DNA of 64,000 bases, from contig NZ_JAPSHJ010000013.1 of the NCBI RefSeq assembly GCF_031179985.1, forward strand, positions 12,710 through 76,709, read 5' to 3'. The notes beneath the pieces were generated by a model that worked only from the letters and a program-made list of their open reading frames with translations, searched no databases and was not told the origin of the DNA. This DNA is from Arthrobacter sp. (GTDB lineage Bacteria; Actinomycetota; Actinomycetes; Actinomycetales; Micrococcaceae). This document shows, one piece after another, positions 10,701 through 19,403 of this stretch; position 1 is the first letter of the stretch, and each line of letters begins with the position of its first letter. A program made the translations under genes and the position numbers.

Positions 10701-11099
10701 GCCGACATCGCCCACCGGGTCCGCATCGTTGACGGAAAAGGCGCAACCGTCGGGATGGTTCCCTCCGGACTCGAGTCCGTCGACGTTCCGGTATCTGCGG
10801 GCGAGGAAGGACGATTGGTTGTCCTGGCGGAACGAGCGGATGCCGGTTGGACTGCGTGGCTGGATGGACGACGCCTCACGTCAACTACCTCCGGTTGGGC
10901 GCAGGCCTTTACGCTGCCGGCGCAAGGGGGGCAATTGACCATCCGCTACGAGAATCCGTGGGCATTCCCTTCAGGCCTGATCCAGGCGATTGTCATCGGA
11001 CTGACCATCATTCTTGCCATTCCCGTACCTGCCCGAAGGCTGAACTCCGGCCTTTCACGGGACGAAGGCTCGCTGCGTAAGGAACACCAGAATGCATAA
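7752..11099 (+). CDS. GT2 glycosyltransferase fused to a large multi-TM/extracytoplasmic domain; start uncertain (CTG 7749/ATT 7752 vs GTG 7782)
   Basis: VVSHNGG..DTGSRD..WIWLLHDDA..GDDVDFCWR GT-A motifs, about 12-14 hydrophobic segments, C-terminal GWTAWLDG..GWAQAF. Confidence 0.88.
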   Translation: MHQDVLVTAVVVSHNGGGYLPRTLAALTQQTRPVDAFIGVDTGSRDDSAALLEEAFGQANVVSFNGTKTGMGGAIRAGLAAKAPWNPESQTVNEWIWLLHDDAAPHPGALAELLYAVERAPSVTVAGCKQLDWDAGRRLIDVGLSTSRWGERLTLIEVDELDQGQYDGRTDTFAVNSAGMLVRRDVWEDLKGFDPALPGTGDDVDFCWRNRLAGHRVVVVPSAKVFHVSHRPHALGNAAAARKAQVYLRLKHSQLWKVPGHAIGALLGSLFKVVLSLAVKDPGHGFSQLLATLVSLSRPAAVLRGRREAARTRRIRRSVIKGLQTPRREVWSHRRSLMEAIGSHDSDDSLSNDPLDEQPSGDSSDDFAALTTTKRGWVGAGALAAVILAAVASVTGLLTLFQAEAVSGGALLPVSSGLSEVWHHASSWWIGLGAGMPGHGDPFAFLLWVLSVLGGGNGNVVITWLVFLAMPLSGLAAWFASGGFTARRRIRFVAALLWAGAPAVQVALNQGRLGALLAHVMLPLLVLALLRATGTAIGHGRFSLPAEGESRFRENPPSKPGINGTPSWTAAAAAGLVLAVVTAAAPSLLLPSCAVIVLLGIMLRGRGRTLWWTLLPSAVLFVPFGLSLLDRPRALLADPGLPLAFDAAPLWQQVLGQPLAFDVFGGLSGLPVFSGYGVPWALLLAILVGLPSLLLAVAALFVRGRGAATARTLWVAALIILAGGWLAGKVATGESTGTLVTPFTGPFVSAASIAFLGAAVIGAERLLAVSERVTDSQGRRVATRSLAILTATMLLAGPLAGLTAWTAQNVIPQAAGEDDPEQGQPLGTPMLIAATQPRILPATAIDRGVGPEQTRTLLISTQQDGSFDATLMRGAGTTLDDLSTIAAARNIMGEPGEETVRDDDAATASLRTAVATIVAAQGVDPRPELEQLGVGFVVLRAADTAAQLTASRMDAVPGLVTVGQTDVGWLWRISPLNQPVIDAADIAHRVRIVDGKGATVGMVPSGLESVDVPVSAGEEGRLVVLAERADAGWTAWLDGRRLTSTTSGWAQAFTLPAQGGQLTIRYENPWAFPSGLIQAIVIGLTIILAIPVPARRLNSGLSRDEGSLRKEHQNA

Positions 11100-12873
11100 G
11101 GATGACGACGACGTGGTGCCGCCCCCGGAAGCCCCGGAACTTCCGCCCCTGCTGCCCAAGCGGGACGCTGCACCACGCGTCAAACCTGCGCTGCACAGCA
11201 GGGCTGCGCCGTCCGGGAACGCACCTGGAAAACCGCCCCGCAAGCCCGGCAGGCCCACGAAGAAGCCGGCTAAAGCGGTCAGGGGCGGCAAAGGGTCACG
11301 GTTGAAGGGCTCCGCCAGTACTGTGAAACGTGTCCTGTCGGCTGTGGGCGTTCTGGCCTGTGCTGCCGGCATGGTGACTGCCGCGTCCTTCGTTCCTTCC
11401 GCCTCAGGCGGCAGGCACATTGACGCGCCGCTCACGGCGGTCCCGGCAGGAAGTAAGGTGGAAATCTGCCCGGGACCCGCCCGGCTCCTTGAGGGGACAC
11501 CTGTTGGAACCGATCCTCAGTTCAGCCCTGAATCCGGTACTGCAAACAGCCAGGTTGACGCTGCCGTTTTGAGCACCAGCGCAGGGAAAGTTCCGGAAAG
11601 CCGGTTGGCAGCCCTCGACGGAAAAACTCTGACAGAGGTCTCGAAAGATGCGGAGGGCGCTCTGGCGCAAACGGGTGCTGCCGCTCTCGCGGCCGGTGTT
11701 GTTTCCCAGCGCGACGTCGATGCGGTCAGCGTTCTGAGCGCCGATGCACTCAACAACCAGCAGGCGACCGCCAGCGCAGTCATGAGCTACACAGCTACGG
11801 ACGGAGACCTCCGAGGGTCCGCCGCTGCAGCCTGCCAGGAGCCGGCCAATGATTTGTGGCTGGTGGGGGCAAATACGTCGGTGGGCAGGACAGCGGTCCT
11901 GAACCTGAGCAATGCTTCCAGCACTCCGGCAACCGTCAGCCTGGATCTGTACGGCAAGGCAGGGCAAATCCAGGCTCCTGGAAGCCGGGGTCTGCTGGTT
12001 CCCCCGGGTAGCACCCGTGCCATCGTCCTTGCAGGACTTGCCGCTGAACAGGACAGGCTTGGCGTCCATGTCCGAAGCGTGGGCGGTCCCGTCACTGCAG
12101 TCATCCAACAAAGCGTCCTCCGTGGACTGACCCCGGGTGGTGTGGACTTCATAGCGCCAGGGGCGCCGCCGTCAGCGCGGCAGGTGGTGTCCGGATTGTC
12201 CATTCAGGACCCCGCCGACATCAAATCCCAGACGTCAAAGAGCGGCTATGCGGATGCCGGACCTGCGCTTCAGTTGGCCGTTCCCGGACCGGTGGACGCC
12301 GTGGTGGAGGTCAAGCTCTTTGGACGTGACGGCCAAAAAGCCCTTCCCAACGGAGGTGTGGTCACCGCGAAGGCCGGCTCAGTAACGGAAGTTTCCCTCG
12401 CCGGGGTTCCGGCGGGCCAGTACACGGTGTCAGCCAGCTCTGATGTCACGTTTGCCGCCGCGGCACGGGTAACCCGGGGAACAGCATCGGGTGGAGCGTC
12501 CGACGTCGCATGGTCACCCTCTTCAGCAAGGCTTGGGAGCGAGCATGTGGTACCCGTCCCTCGTACAGGGGAGCGGATTCTCGTGTTCGGGGCACCAGAG
12601 GACCGGGCAAAGATCACCTACACGCCCATCACCGAGGACGGAAAAATCCGTAAAGCCGGCACCGCGGACATTGCAGGGGGCACGACGGCGAGTATCAAGG
12701 TTCCCGACAAAGTGGACGGGGCCGCGGTGCTGGGTTACGTCATCTCCGCTTCCGGTGACCCTGCTTACGGCGCCGTCCTGCTGGGACAGGATGAAGGTAC
12801 TGACGTCTCCGTGGTGGCTTTTGCCCCGGGTGCTGCCGGCCAGGAAGAGGTTCCGGTAACCCTGGGTTACTAG
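11092..12873 (+). CDS. DUF5719-family secreted/membrane-anchored protein
   Basis: Basic/Pro-rich N-terminus, one TM helix, C..P, WLVGANT.VGR, L.LSN, usual partner of the preceding GT2. Confidence 0.8.
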   Translation: MHKDDDDVVPPPEAPELPPLLPKRDAAPRVKPALHSRAAPSGNAPGKPPRKPGRPTKKPAKAVRGGKGSRLKGSASTVKRVLSAVGVLACAAGMVTAASFVPSASGGRHIDAPLTAVPAGSKVEICPGPARLLEGTPVGTDPQFSPESGTANSQVDAAVLSTSAGKVPESRLAALDGKTLTEVSKDAEGALAQTGAAALAAGVVSQRDVDAVSVLSADALNNQQATASAVMSYTATDGDLRGSAAAACQEPANDLWLVGANTSVGRTAVLNLSNASSTPATVSLDLYGKAGQIQAPGSRGLLVPPGSTRAIVLAGLAAEQDRLGVHVRSVGGPVTAVIQQSVLRGLTPGGVDFIAPGAPPSARQVVSGLSIQDPADIKSQTSKSGYADAGPALQLAVPGPVDAVVEVKLFGRDGQKALPNGGVVTAKAGSVTEVSLAGVPAGQYTVSASSDVTFAAAARVTRGTASGGASDVAWSPSSARLGSEHVVPVPRTGERILVFGAPEDRAKITYTPITEDGKIRKAGTADIAGGTTASIKVPDKVDGAAVLGYVISASGDPAYGAVLLGQDEGTDVSVVAFAPGAAGQEEVPVTLGY

Positions 12874-12947
12874 TGCTTCATTGGCACGAACACCGAATTA
12901 TTGCTGCCGGCGTTCGCCATCAGCTGCGAGCTTTTAGACCTGGCGGC

Positions 12948-13508
12948 TCAGTACCGCCGCCGGTAAACGGGGTCCAGTGTCTCGGGCGCCACGCCAAGCA
13001 TTTCTGCCGTATGCTCCACCACCACGTCGTGAACAAGATCCTGCAGCTCTTCCCTGCTGGTGCAGGCCTGCTCCACAACCCGACGGTAAACAGTAATAAC
13101 GGGACCTTCGTCCTCTGCGGCGGGTTCGTAGGAGCCCATGGGCGCGGGAGCAGAATCGGCTACAAGCTGTTCGAGCCCTGGCGGGATTTCATCCACGGCA
13201 AAGCGGACGCCGTCGAGCGGCTTTCCCCAGATATCATGCAGACGCTGGGCGGAATCGAGGACCAGCTCATCAAAGCGTTCGGAGCGGGTGCGGTAACCGG
13301 GCAGGGTTGGAAGCATCAGTTCCCCTCGGAGGCCGCGCCCGTGCCGGTTCCTGCGCCGCTGCCTGAAGCCCTTGCTCACGACGGTTTTGCCCTTGGTTTT
13401 GCCCCTTGCGCTGGTGGCGCTGGAATCCTGAAGGCTGGCGTCCTGCGGGCTGGCGGCCTGGTCAGCCAACCGGACCGTAAAAGCCGGATCGTGGTTCGAT
13501 GACTGCAT
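12948..13508 (-). CDS. Zincin-like metallopeptidase family protein (DUF1025-like)
   Basis: RRRNRHGRGLRG, FDELVLD, ITVYRRVV, DVVVEHTAEMLG..PETLDP; start moved to MQSS (TACAGT-N6-ATG). Confidence 0.8.
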   Translation of the reverse strand: MQSSNHDPAFTVRLADQAASPQDASLQDSSATSARGKTKGKTVVSKGFRQRRRNRHGRGLRGELMLPTLPGYRTRSERFDELVLDSAQRLHDIWGKPLDGVRFAVDEIPPGLEQLVADSAPAPMGSYEPAAEDEGPVITVYRRVVEQACTSREELQDLVHDVVVEHTAEMLGVAPETLDPVYRRRY

Positions 13509-13661
13509 ACACTGACTGTAAACCCGCGGAATGAAATTCGCGACAAAAACGTCGCAGCCACGGCCACTGGATTTATCAGGCGGAACGGCTGGCAAGGCAC
13601 GCGGCAGGCACGGCGCCGCAATGCAAGGAGCCGGGCTGAAGGGGGAGTAGTCTGTGATGTC

Positions 13662-14051
13662 GTGGGTGCAATTCGTCAATGTTCAAGATCAGCCTGCCGC
13701 CAATCCGCGGTGGCCACTTTGACGTACGTCTATGCAGACTCAACGGCCGTCCTGGGTCCTTTAGCCACTTACGCTGAGCCGCATTGTTACGACCTTTGCG
13801 AGCAGCACGCCGGATCTTTGACCGTTCCGCGCGGCTGGGAGGTACTGAGACTGGCAATGCCCACCCATCCACCCCAGCCGGGTCCGGATGACCTCTTGGC
13901 GCTGGCACACGCTGTTCGGGAGGCGGCTTCCCGCCCTTCAGAAAAGGAGCCGTCGCCCGGCCACCGTTCATCCCCGGGCGTCCTTGAAGCTCCCGCTCCC
14001 ACCGAGGGCACCCGCCGGGGACATTTGCGAATCCTCCGCGAACCGTCCTGA
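13662..14051 (+). CDS. DUF3499 family protein
   Basis: RQCSRSAC..AVATLTYVYADSTAVLGPLA..EPHCYDLCEQHA..LTVPRGW. Confidence 0.92.
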   Translation: MGAIRQCSRSACRQSAVATLTYVYADSTAVLGPLATYAEPHCYDLCEQHAGSLTVPRGWEVLRLAMPTHPPQPGPDDLLALAHAVREAASRPSEKEPSPGHRSSPGVLEAPAPTEGTRRGHLRILREPS

Positions 14052-14131
14052 GGGCAACTGGCGGTACGCTTGAAGCTGCAAATCCGTCAGCTAACGGCGC
14101 CCCGCTGCGGCGCCCGCCAGGAGCATCCACC

Positions 14132-14380
14132 ATGCCAAAGATCAGTGCTGAACTGCTGTCTGTCCTGCGTTGCCCCGTAACGGGATCTTCGCTCGTACAA
14201 GAAGGCGACGAACTCGTGTCGACGATGCCAGGGGAAACCGGCGAAATGCTCCACTATCCCATCGAGGATGGCATCCCGCTGCTCTTGCCGCCCGAACTTC
14301 TGCCAGCCGCGACTGCGGCATCGTCGGACCAGCATGACGCAGTCCTTCACACTGCGACTGGGCGCCTGGACGACCACTAA
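14132..14380 (+). CDS. Trm112-family small protein
   Basis: [25 protein letters not shown]; RBS AGGAG. Confidence 0.85.
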   Translation: MPKISAELLSVLRCPVTGSSLVQEGDELVSTMPGETGEMLHYPIEDGIPLLLPPELLPAATAASSDQHDAVLHTATGRLDDH

Positions 14381-14457
14381 CAGAACGCCGCGCGTCCTGG
14401 CCCCGCCCGGCCACCAACTTTTCCAGTACATCTTTCCGGCTTTACCAAAGGATCCAC

Positions 14458-15945
14458 ATGACTCTCGACTACAAGGTTGCTGATATTTCCCTCGCTGAGG
14501 CCGGGCGGCACCAAATACGCCTGGCGGAGCATGAAATGCCCGGGCTCATGTCCCTGCGCGCAGAATTCGGTCCCACTCAGCCCCTCAAGGGCGCCAGGAT
14601 CGCCGGTTCTCTGCACATGACGGTCCAGACCGCCGTTCTGATCGAAACACTGACGGCGCTGGGTGCCGAGGTCCGCTGGGCCTCCTGCAACATCTTCTCC
14701 ACCCAGGATGAAGCCGCCGCCGCTGTTGTCGTAGGCAAGGGGACCGAAGATGATCCCCAGGGCGTCCCGGTTTTCGCCTGGAAAGGTGAAACCCTCGAGG
14801 AGTACTGGTGGACCGCCGAGCAGATCCTCACCTGGCCTGGCGCGGACACTGATCCGGAACTGGGACCGAACATGATTCTCGACGACGGCGGTGACGCCAC
14901 GCTGCTGGTTCACCGGGGTGTGGAGTTTGAGGCTGCCGGAGCCGTCCCGTCGGCTGGCGCGGACGATCCTGAGGAATACGCGATTGTCCTGGACCTGCTC
15001 AAGAGGACCCTCACCGAGGATCCGCAGAAGTGGACCAGGATGGCTGCCCGGATCCATGGCGTCAGCGAAGAGACCACCACCGGGGTCCACCGGCTGTACC
15101 AGTTGGCGGAGCAGGGAAAGCTCCTGTTCCCGGCCATTAACGTTAATGATTCGGTTACCAAGAGCAAGTTCGACAACAAGTACGGAATCCGCCACTCCCT
15201 GCCGGACGGACTCAACCGGGCCACCGATGTCCTCATAGGCGGCAAGGTCGCCGTCGTCTGCGGTTATGGCGACGTCGGCAAGGGTGCCGCGGAAGCCCTG
15301 CGCGGCCAGGGTGCCCGTGTCATTGTCACCGAGATTGATCCCATCTGCGCCCTCCAGGCTGCGATGGACGGCTACCAGGTGGCCAGGCTTGAATCCGTGT
15401 TGGCACAGGGTGACATCTTCATTACCACCACGGGCAACAAGGACGTCATCATGGCCGAGCACATGGCGGGCATGAAGAACAAGGCCATCGTGGGAAACAT
15501 CGGCCATTTCGACAACGAAATCGATATGGCCGGACTGGCCCGGATACCAGGCATCCGTAAAGTGGAAATCAAGCCCCAGGTCCACGAGTGGGTTTTCGCT
15601 GATGACTCCTCAGGGGAAGAGAAGGGCCGGTCGATCATTGTCTTGTCCGAGGGCAGGCTCCTGAATCTGGGCAACGCAACCGGCCACCCGTCCTTCGTCA
15701 TGAGCAACTCGTTTGCGAACCAGACCATCGCGCAGATCGAGCTCTTCACGAAGAAGGATCAGCCCGACGGGCAGCGGGAATACGAGAACCTGGTGTACGT
15801 CCTCCCCAAGATCCTTGACGAAAAGGTGGCCAGGCTCCACCTTGATGCCTTGGGAGTTGAACTGACCGAGCTCTCGAAGGACCAGGCTGAGTACCTGGAC
15901 ATCGACGCTGCCGGTCCGTATAAGCCTGAGCACTACCGCTACTGA
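14458..15945 (+). CDS. ahcY: Adenosylhomocysteinase
   Basis: [67 protein letters not shown]. Confidence 0.99.
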   Translation: MTLDYKVADISLAEAGRHQIRLAEHEMPGLMSLRAEFGPTQPLKGARIAGSLHMTVQTAVLIETLTALGAEVRWASCNIFSTQDEAAAAVVVGKGTEDDPQGVPVFAWKGETLEEYWWTAEQILTWPGADTDPELGPNMILDDGGDATLLVHRGVEFEAAGAVPSAGADDPEEYAIVLDLLKRTLTEDPQKWTRMAARIHGVSEETTTGVHRLYQLAEQGKLLFPAINVNDSVTKSKFDNKYGIRHSLPDGLNRATDVLIGGKVAVVCGYGDVGKGAAEALRGQGARVIVTEIDPICALQAAMDGYQVARLESVLAQGDIFITTTGNKDVIMAEHMAGMKNKAIVGNIGHFDNEIDMAGLARIPGIRKVEIKPQVHEWVFADDSSGEEKGRSIIVLSEGRLLNLGNATGHPSFVMSNSFANQTIAQIELFTKKDQPDGQREYENLVYVLPKILDEKVARLHLDALGVELTELSKDQAEYLDIDAAGPYKPEHYRY

Positions 15946-15950
15946 TGCCA

Positions 15951-15994
15951 GTTCCAGCAATGGCCCCGGACCGATCCGGGGCCATTGCTGGAAC
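15951..15994. terminator. Perfect 20-bp inverted repeat directly after ahcY; likely terminator
   Basis: GTTCCAGCAATGGCCCCGGA-ccga-TCCGGGGCCATTGCTGGAAC; no U-tract. Confidence 0.75.
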
Positions 15995-16134
15995 GGCGCC
16001 ACGCCGGGTGCCGGATCAACGCCGTGGTCTTGGGCTGTTTGGACGTGGGATAAAATTGGTTTGTCGGCAATGCACGCTGGACAGATTAAACGGGGGCTGA
16101 CCATCGGCCTGTCGGGGGACACGGAGAATTTGGC

Positions 16135-17367
16135 ATGACTGAGACCAGGAACCGGAAGACCGGGAAAATCATTGCCGTTGTGGCGATGTGCGCGGCTGTT
16201 GCCGCTGGAGGCATAGGAGTCGCAACCGCTCCCAGCTGGGCCGGCCAGGCTATAGCCTCCGAATCCGCCAGCCCCGTCCGCAACACCCCAGGCCTTGCCG
16301 CACCTGTGGTGAAGGCCGTTGAGCTTGGCGTCACTCCCACCGACGGCGCGCAAAGCGTCAATCCTGCTGCGGCCCCGTCCGTGAAGGCCATCAACGGGCA
16401 GGTAAAGGACGTGGTCCTGGTCCCCGCCGACGGCGGGACGCCTCTTGAAGGTACCCTGAGCGCGGACGGCACCACGTGGACGGCCGTTGACCCCCTTACC
16501 TTCAATACTGCCTACAACTACAGTTTCACGATTGTTGATGAAGCCGGCCGCGAGACCAAAAAAACCCAGACGTTCACCACGGTAGCGAAGGCGAATGAAG
16601 CCGACGCAGCGGTGTACCCGGAGAACGGCGCCACCGTGGGTTCGGGCCAGCCCATTGAAATCGTGTTCAGCGAACCTGTGATCAACAAAGAAGCCATGGA
16701 AAAGGCAGTCACCGTGACGGCCTCTTCCGGGCAGGCAGTTGCCTGGCGCTGGTACTCGGACCAGCGCGTCCGGATCCGGCCGGAAACCTTCTGGGCCTCG
16801 AACAGCAAGGTCTCTGTGGACATGAAGCTGTTCGGCGTGGATTTCGGGAACGGAATGATCGGCAACTTTAACTCCACGGTTTCCTTCACTACAGGGCCGC
16901 AGCGTCTCGCCGTCGTCGATGACATCACCAAAACCATGAAGGTCTACTTTGACGGGCAGCTGGTCAAAACGGCTCCCGTGACCCTGGGCGACCCCGAGTG
17001 GCTTTCACCCACCGGATTTGCCGTCATCATGGAGCAGGAGCGCCATTCAAAGTTCAACGCGGGAAGCATCGGGCTGAAGCCGGGCGACAAGGGCTACTAC
17101 CCGCCGCTCACGGTGGAGTACGCCAACCGGCTGACGTCCTCCGGCGTCTATGTCCATCAGGCACTTGAGTCTGCCTGGGGAGCTGTCGGGCGATCCAACG
17201 TGTCCCACGGCTGCGTGGGTCTCCTTCCGGATGACGCTGCCTGGTTCTTCAACAACATGAAGACCGGCGATGTTGTCCAGACGCTCAACACCGGGGCACC
17301 GGCAGTGGAACCGCTTGAGGGCTACGGCGACTGGAACATCCCCTGGGCTCAGTACGCCCAGCGCTGA
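16135..17367 (+). CDS. L,D-transpeptidase (Ig-like domains + YkuD)
   Basis: Signal/TM, PENGATVGSGQPI, YVHQA..NVSHGCVGL catalytic H-x-C motif, GYGDWN. Confidence 0.93.
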   Translation: MTETRNRKTGKIIAVVAMCAAVAAGGIGVATAPSWAGQAIASESASPVRNTPGLAAPVVKAVELGVTPTDGAQSVNPAAAPSVKAINGQVKDVVLVPADGGTPLEGTLSADGTTWTAVDPLTFNTAYNYSFTIVDEAGRETKKTQTFTTVAKANEADAAVYPENGATVGSGQPIEIVFSEPVINKEAMEKAVTVTASSGQAVAWRWYSDQRVRIRPETFWASNSKVSVDMKLFGVDFGNGMIGNFNSTVSFTTGPQRLAVVDDITKTMKVYFDGQLVKTAPVTLGDPEWLSPTGFAVIMEQERHSKFNAGSIGLKPGDKGYYPPLTVEYANRLTSSGVYVHQALESAWGAVGRSNVSHGCVGLLPDDAAWFFNNMKTGDVVQTLNTGAPAVEPLEGYGDWNIPWAQYAQR

Positions 17368-17375
17368 CCGCGCTC

Positions 17376-18185
17376 CTAGCTGCTGTCCCGTCCGTACGGC
17401 AAGCGGTGAAGCCGTTCTCCGATCCTGTTACTGCGTTCCCGGGCCTTGACCAGGCGGTTCATCTCCCGCTCCCGGCGCTCGGCAAGGACTGCCGCGAGGT
17501 AGTCCTCCGGGTATGTTCCGGGGGGAGGGGCCGGCGCCACATGCTCTGCAATTTCCGTTGCGAGGGAGGCAGCCATGCCAATACGCGAGGCCGGCGCCAT
17601 TCTTCCGGCCTGCCGCATGAACTGGACAGCCCGACGAGCTGAGCCATCGGGAATCCGGCCAATATCAGCCAGAGCCACCCAGGACCGCAGATGAGGTGGA
17701 ATAAACAAGGGCAGAGCCGGCTCGGCAGGTACTCTCCGACGCAAAGAATAGGTACCGGCAAGAATGTCACCGAGGCGTTTGGATTTCTCGTTGAACAGAG
17801 CGACGGCGATTGCCAGGCCGCCAAACGTCAAATAGATCTCGATGAATCCGGTCAATCCACGGATGACGGCGTGCCGGAAGCGGATGGCTCCGCCGTCGTC
17901 GCGCACTATCCGTAGTCCAGTCGCCAACTTACCCAGCGACAGACCGCGCGTCACCGTCTCAATGGCCACCGGGACCATCACGAAGCAAAACACAACGCTG
18001 ACCAGAACGATGGTCCGCATGGCAGCTTCGTCGATTTCGCTCCAGAGGGAGGACATCAGGATGAGGATCAGAATGAACAGCACCACGTTGACCAGAACGT
18101 CGAGCAGCAAGCCCAGGGAGCGGGCTGCGAAGGACGCCGGACGCAACTCCAGGACGACTGCCTCGCCCGTGATGATTGAACTCAA
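17376..18185 (-). CDS. RDD family membrane protein
   Basis: IITGEAVVLELRPASFAAR, GLSLGK..GLRIVRDDGG, KRLGDILAGT. Confidence 0.92.
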   Translation of the reverse strand: MSSIITGEAVVLELRPASFAARSLGLLLDVLVNVVLFILILILMSSLWSEIDEAAMRTIVLVSVVFCFVMVPVAIETVTRGLSLGKLATGLRIVRDDGGAIRFRHAVIRGLTGFIEIYLTFGGLAIAVALFNEKSKRLGDILAGTYSLRRRVPAEPALPLFIPPHLRSWVALADIGRIPDGSARRAVQFMRQAGRMAPASRIGMAASLATEIAEHVAPAPPPGTYPEDYLAAVLAERREREMNRLVKARERSNRIGERLHRLPYGRDSS

Positions 18186-18269
18186 AGCCGGGCCCCATCC
18201 CTATTAGCAAATCCTGACTCAGCAAAGATCCTGATCTTGACAGTCTATTGCGCACGCTAGGGTGGTCCC

Positions 18270-19265
18270 GTGGACATTGATGCGTTTTCTGCGGTCAACA
18301 GTGACAAATGGTCAAGACTTTATGATCTGGCGTATAAACGCAGTTTGACCGGCCAGGAGGCGGACGAACTTCTTCGCCTCTATCAGGTGACTTCGTCGCA
18401 TCTTTCCCTGCTCCGCTCGGTAGCCCCGGAAAGCGGGCTGTCCGCCACTCTCTCCGCGACTCTCGCCCAGGCACGCACCAGATTTACCGGTGCACGTTCG
18501 AACTTTATGGACGACGTCGCGAACTTCTTTGTGATTGCCCTTCCAGCAGCTTTCTACCGTCTCCGCTGGTTGACTCTCTGGTGCGGAATCGCCTTTTGTC
18601 TGGTGGCCGCGGCCTACGCCTGGTGGATCGGCTCCTCGCCCGAAGCCCTCCGGGCTGCTTTTGGCAACGACGAGAGGGTGAGGCAGTACGTGGAGGAGGA
18701 CTTCATCAACTACTACTCCGAGAACCCGGCAGCCTCCTTTGCCGGTGCCGTATGGACCAACAATGCCTGGATCTGTGCCCAGGCGGTGGCACTTGGTATT
18801 ACGGGCTTCTGGGTGCCGATGATTCTCTTCGCAAATGCCCAGGGCGTCGGAGTCGCTGCCGGCGTTTTTGCCTCGGTAGGAAAATCGGACGTGTTTTTCA
18901 GCTACATTCTTCCGCACGGGATGATGGAACTGACGGCGGTCTTCATAGCTGCAGCGGCCGGTCTCAAAATCTTCTGGGCCTGGATCGTCCCCGGTCCCCG
19001 CACGCGGAGCCAGGCGGTAGCCAGGGAAGGCCGCTCGCTGATTACGGTGGCACTCGGGCTTGTCCTGGTCCTGTTTGTTTCCGGAATAGTGGAGGGTTTT
19101 GTGACGCCGAGTTTCTTGCCTGTGTGGGCAAAACTGGGAATCGGTGCTGCAGTACTGGCCGGCTACTGGCTCTACGCCCTTCTGCTTGGGAAGAAGGCTT
19201 ACCAGTCGGGCGCACGCGGGGATCTGAATGATCAGGATGCCGGGTACTCCGAAATTACCGCTTGA
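18270..19265 (+). CDS. SpoIIM-family (DUF95) membrane protein
   Basis: MDIDAF..W.RL, VWTNNA, ILPHGMMELTAVFIAAAAGL, SGIVEGFVTPS. Confidence 0.92.
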   Translation: MDIDAFSAVNSDKWSRLYDLAYKRSLTGQEADELLRLYQVTSSHLSLLRSVAPESGLSATLSATLAQARTRFTGARSNFMDDVANFFVIALPAAFYRLRWLTLWCGIAFCLVAAAYAWWIGSSPEALRAAFGNDERVRQYVEEDFINYYSENPAASFAGAVWTNNAWICAQAVALGITGFWVPMILFANAQGVGVAAGVFASVGKSDVFFSYILPHGMMELTAVFIAAAAGLKIFWAWIVPGPRTRSQAVAREGRSLITVALGLVLVLFVSGIVEGFVTPSFLPVWAKLGIGAAVLAGYWLYALLLGKKAYQSGARGDLNDQDAGYSEITA

Positions 19266-19403
19266 TCCTTTTGGCGTGTGGCCTGCAGCAGGGCGCGACC
19301 GCCACCGGGGCGTAATCGTTGCCGGAGCGTAATGGTCTCGGAAGGGGTGGCATCTCGCCGGGCGGAAGCCCCTAACGGTAGGCTCGTCAGGAGATAAGTA
19401 GCG

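Noticed and set aside
14084-14095. CCGTCAGCTAAC resembles the 3' core of the c-di-AMP (ydaO) riboswitch
   Set aside because: The upstream GGGGGACCCA and GGGG.GAA elements are missing, the upstream DNA is DUF3499 coding sequence, and a TACGCT -10 at 14065 leaves too short a leader.
14050-14457. SAH riboswitch expected upstream of ahcY; AACGGCGCCCC and GCCAGG fragments are present
   Set aside because: No GAGGAGCG(C/U)UGC 5' element, and the fragments are in the wrong order for the pseudoknot.
14377-15585. 402-aa antisense ORF opposite ahcY, and similar long shadow ORFs (e.g. 876-1598, 35013-36530, 39036-40118, 42301-43581)
   Set aside because: They lie opposite clearly conserved genes and have no motifs; this is the expected stop-codon scarcity of high-GC DNA.
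18270-19265. SpoIIM and WhiB as evidence of sporulation
   Set aside because: Both families are widespread in non-sporulating actinobacteria.
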